The notes under the pieces are model-generated. The model worked only from the letters and a program-made list of their open reading frames with translations. It did no database searches and was not told where the DNA came from. A program made the position numbers and the translations under genes. Below, one piece after another: positions 17,667-20,000 of a stretch of 20,000 bases of DNA (position 1 is its first letter; every line of letters begins with the position of its first letter). This DNA is from an uncultured virus (IMG/VR IMGVR_UViG_3300020048_000035) (Duplodnaviria; Heunggongvirae; Uroviricota; Caudoviricetes), in IMG/VR virus record IMGVR_UViG_3300020048_000035, one strand, 5' to 3'.

Positions 17667-18047
17667 TTATTGAATATACTCAACCCATGATAATGTTGCT
17701 TCATCCCAATAATATAAATTTCCATCAGTGGGATATGGAACTGGTGCTGTCCATAACCATGTTGGAGCTGATATACTCCAGCTTGGATAAGACTGGGGAG
17801 TATAAAATACATCATTTATGTCATCATATATGTAACCTATGCCAGCATAATTTGCTCGCAGGGCTTTAGATTGATCTGGAGCCGGAACTCTGGGATAAAC
17901 ATTTGGAACGTAATAAATTCCACCTTCAGTATTATAACTGGTTTGCACCCAAAGTTCATCTGTTGATGAGTATGTGGGAGATTGTTCTGCTGTAACGGAC
18001 ATTACTTCAGTTACAATATTATTTTCTACTTTAGCGTAATATGGCAT
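17667..18047 (-). CDS. Trp/Pro/Tyr-rich protein accompanying Gly-rich fibre genes (putative chaperone/accessory)
   Basis: WVQTSYN, RANYAGIGYIYD, PSW, WTAPVPYPTDG..Y.WDE motifs. Start set at MPYYAKV (18047). Confidence 0.7.
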   Translation of the reverse strand: MPYYAKVENNIVTEVMSVTAEQSPTYSSTDELWVQTSYNTEGGIYYVPNVYPRVPAPDQSKALRANYAGIGYIYDDINDVFYTPQSYPSWSISAPTWLWTAPVPYPTDGNLYYWDEATLSWVEYIQ

Positions 18048-18063
18048 TTTGGTTTCCGTATCT

Positions 18064-19122
18064 TTATGCTGTATAAACAGTATTAGCAGTAAATCCCAGC
18101 ACAATAGCTGTACCTGTGTTGGCGTATGTGTACGTTCCACTTACATTGCCATTGCCAGGATAGTTTGCTATGGGTATAGATATAACTACAATACCAGAGC
18201 CGCCTGATCCACCGGTGCCATTATATTGGCCACCACCACCGCCGCCGGTGTTGACTGTGCCAGATACTCNNNNNNNNNNTGATCCTGCTGCTCCGCCACC
18301 TGCTAACCAATAGTTACCAGAAATCAGTTGCCCTGCTGTTGAACCTGCTATGCCATTAATTATGCCAATTCCACCTGATGCTGTACTTGCTCCGTTGGCA
18401 CCTACACCGCCTGCTCCACCTCCACCACAAAATGCTGTACCAGATGTAACATACCCGCCATCAAATCCTTGTCCTGGAATACCAGGTCCATACGAACCGT
18501 AAAGACCTTCGTTATTTTGGCCTCCATCACCACCGCCAGATCCGCCTAATGATCCTTTCCATCCCGGCCGTTGGTTTAATGTACCTCCGCCGCCACCGCC
18601 AATTGCTGTAATTCGTGATAATGAACCCGATCCAAATGTACTGTTTGATCCATTAGAAGCAGCAGTATTTTGACTATTGGTTGCGCCTGCTCCACCTGCT
18701 CCTATATTGGCAGTATAAGCTGTACCTGGCTGAAGTGTAAACGCAGCAAAACTTACAACACCGCCTGCCCCGCCACCGCCGCCTAAATATCCACCACCTC
18801 CGCCACCCCCTGCTACTACAGCCACAGTTATATTATAAGCTGCCGCACCGCTGGCACCGCCAATATTTGCCCATGCTCCGTTTACATACGCTTCTATGGC
18901 ATTAGTTGTGTTACTATATCTAATCATACCGTTAGCGGGACTTGCGGGTCGTTGTGCTGTATTTCCTATGTTTAAGGTAATAGCACCTGTGCTGTTTGCC
19001 GTAATGTTTTGACTGTTATTAATATGTAACGCTGCTGTTCCATTAGTTTGAAACTGTAAATTGCCACTGTTATCTACAGTTTCTACTAAGCCTGAGCTGT
19101 TTGCGTTTATGAAAGTTGTCAT
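18064..19122 (-). CDS. Glycine-rich fibre-like virion protein
   Basis: N-terminal GNTAQRP...GMIRY...W module, then VVAGGGGGG...GGSGIVVI glycine-rich domain; N gap 18270-18279. Confidence 0.8.
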   Translation of the reverse strand: MTTFINANSSGLVETVDNSGNLQFQTNGTAALHINNSQNITANSTGAITLNIGNTAQRPASPANGMIRYSNTTNAIEAYVNGAWANIGGASGAAAYNITVAVVAGGGGGGGYLGGGGGAGGVVSFAAFTLQPGTAYTANIGAGGAGATNSQNTAASNGSNSTFGSGSLSRITAIGGGGGGTLNQRPGWKGSLGGSGGGDGGQNNEGLYGSYGPGIPGQGFDGGYVTSGTAFCGGGGAGGVGANGASTASGGIGIINGIAGSTAGQLISGNYWLAGGGAAGSXXXXVSGTVNTGGGGGGQYNGTGGSGGSGIVVISIPIANYPGNGNVSGTYTYANTGTAIVLGFTANTVYTA

Positions 19123-19397
19123 GATATATTAGCCCATGCTGAATTTATATATCCTTCAAGTTTTGACGTAGTGGTATTGTATCTAATCATACCATTTGCT
19201 GCGGGGGAAGGACGTTGTGCTGTATTACCAACTGGAACTGTAAATGCACCTGTTGAGTTGAATATTATGTTTTGACTTGTGTTAATTGTTAATGCTGTGT
19301 TACCATTTGTTTGAAGTGTGAGGTTACCAGTGGCATCTCCTGATTTGGTAAAAGTGCCAACAGTTGCGTCTGATTGTAAGTTTATAATTGATGCCAT
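19119..19397 (-). CDS. Stand-alone paralog of the fibre N-terminal module (92 aa)
   Basis: Aligns by eye with the first ~88 aa of 18064..19122; ATGA overlap. Confidence 0.8.
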   Translation of the reverse strand: MASIINLQSDATVGTFTKSGDATGNLTLQTNGNTALTINTSQNIIFNSTGAFTVPVGNTAQRPSPAANGMIRYNTTTSKLEGYINSAWANIS

Positions 19398-19402
19398 ACT
19401 AG

Positions 19403-19408
19403 TATTTA
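19403..19408 (-). promoter_or_regulatory. Late promoter box TAAATA, leaderless
   Basis: TAAATA-CTAGT-ATG. Confidence 0.75.
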
Positions 19409-19449
19409 GTTGATATTAGCTGGATTAATTATTACTGCCTTATACAAAA

Positions 19450-20000
19450 TTATACAAAAAAGAAGAAGTTTGTAGAATTACTGGTTGTAAACACTATCAC
19501 AATAGCGCCGCCGCCGCCAGCACCACCGTCAAAGATGGTGCCTCCCCCACCGCCACCAAAGAGGCCGCCTATGCCCCCCGGATAACCGCCACCGCCNNNN
19601 NNNNNNNNNNNNNNNNATTTCTGTGCCTGCGGCACCTGCGCCTGGAGCAACGAAGCCGTTGGCGCCTGCACCACCAAGACTTCCACCTCCACCATTACCA
19701 CCGTTGTTTGTGCCAGTTGCAGGTCCTCCCGCTTGTCCAGCTCCCAATGAACTGGCAGCTCCCCCACCTCCACCTGTTTTATTTGGTGTAGCAGCACTAG
19801 CAATACCAGCACCACCAGCCCCGCCATTGAATGTGGCACCAATACCGCCAGCACCTCCTGCAAATGTGGCACCCTGAACGCCGCCACCGCCACCACCAGC
19901 GGAATATGCACCAGCGTTAAATGTCGTGGACCCACCAGCAATACCATTGCCCACCGTGCCCGTGCTCGCTGCCCCACCAACTCCTAGGCTGTAGGTAATT
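19450..20000 (-). CDS. Glycine-rich domain protein (5' partial, N gap 19597-19616)
   Basis: Frame ITYSLGVGGA...GGSTTF..SAGGGGGG is open from the window edge and resumes after the gap as GGGG...GAIVIVFTTSNSTNFFFFV*. Confidence 0.8.

Larger units (their letters stand above)
1..20000. mobile_element. Large T4-superfamily-like (jumbo-type) myophage genome segment, neck/tail module
   Basis: Dense genes recognisable as sheath, tube, gp13/14/15, gp4 and dNMP kinase; TAAATA late boxes; no host housekeeping genes or integrase. Confidence 0.95.

Noticed and set aside
3129..19877. Nested or antisense ORFs (3129, 3316, 6092, 7090, 10627, 10632, 11262, 12846, 13056, 15018, 15152, 15615, 17687, 19623)
   Set aside because: They lie within well-supported genes and show no motifs or promoters.
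18230..20000. CRISPR array, DGR repeats or other DNA repeats in the CCR-rich tracts
   Set aside because: These are glycine codon runs; no repeat-spacer periodicity, adenine-specific TR/VR pair or reverse transcriptase was seen.

Overview
AT-rich segment of a large, distantly T4-related myophage (jumbo-phage type, metagenomic scaffold with six N gaps) covering the neck/tail morphogenesis region. It carries gp13-, gp14- and gp15-like neck/tail-terminator genes, a very large (~1130 aa) tail sheath that is split only by an assembly gap, a tail tube, a tube-initiator-like paralog, a gp4 head-completion nuclease, a probable small terminase, putative capsid-internal proteins and glycine-rich fibre-like genes. 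Interleaved with these are non-structural genes: DEDDh exonuclease, Zn-finger protein, GNAT, dNMP kinase, degenerate HNH, Nudix and a DUF115/GT29-like protein. The most striking non-coding signal is a two-class promoter system. Eight T4-late-like TAAATA boxes and three sigma70-type promoters with 17-nt spacers are present, and seven of these eleven lie only 5-9 nt from an ATG with no Shine-Dalgarno, implying widespread leaderless mRNAs. Several start codons also sit in hairpins that can form fully only on read-through transcripts. CBM5/12-like modules are inserted in both the sheath and the neck protein. All product calls come from motif recognition by eye; no database search was run.
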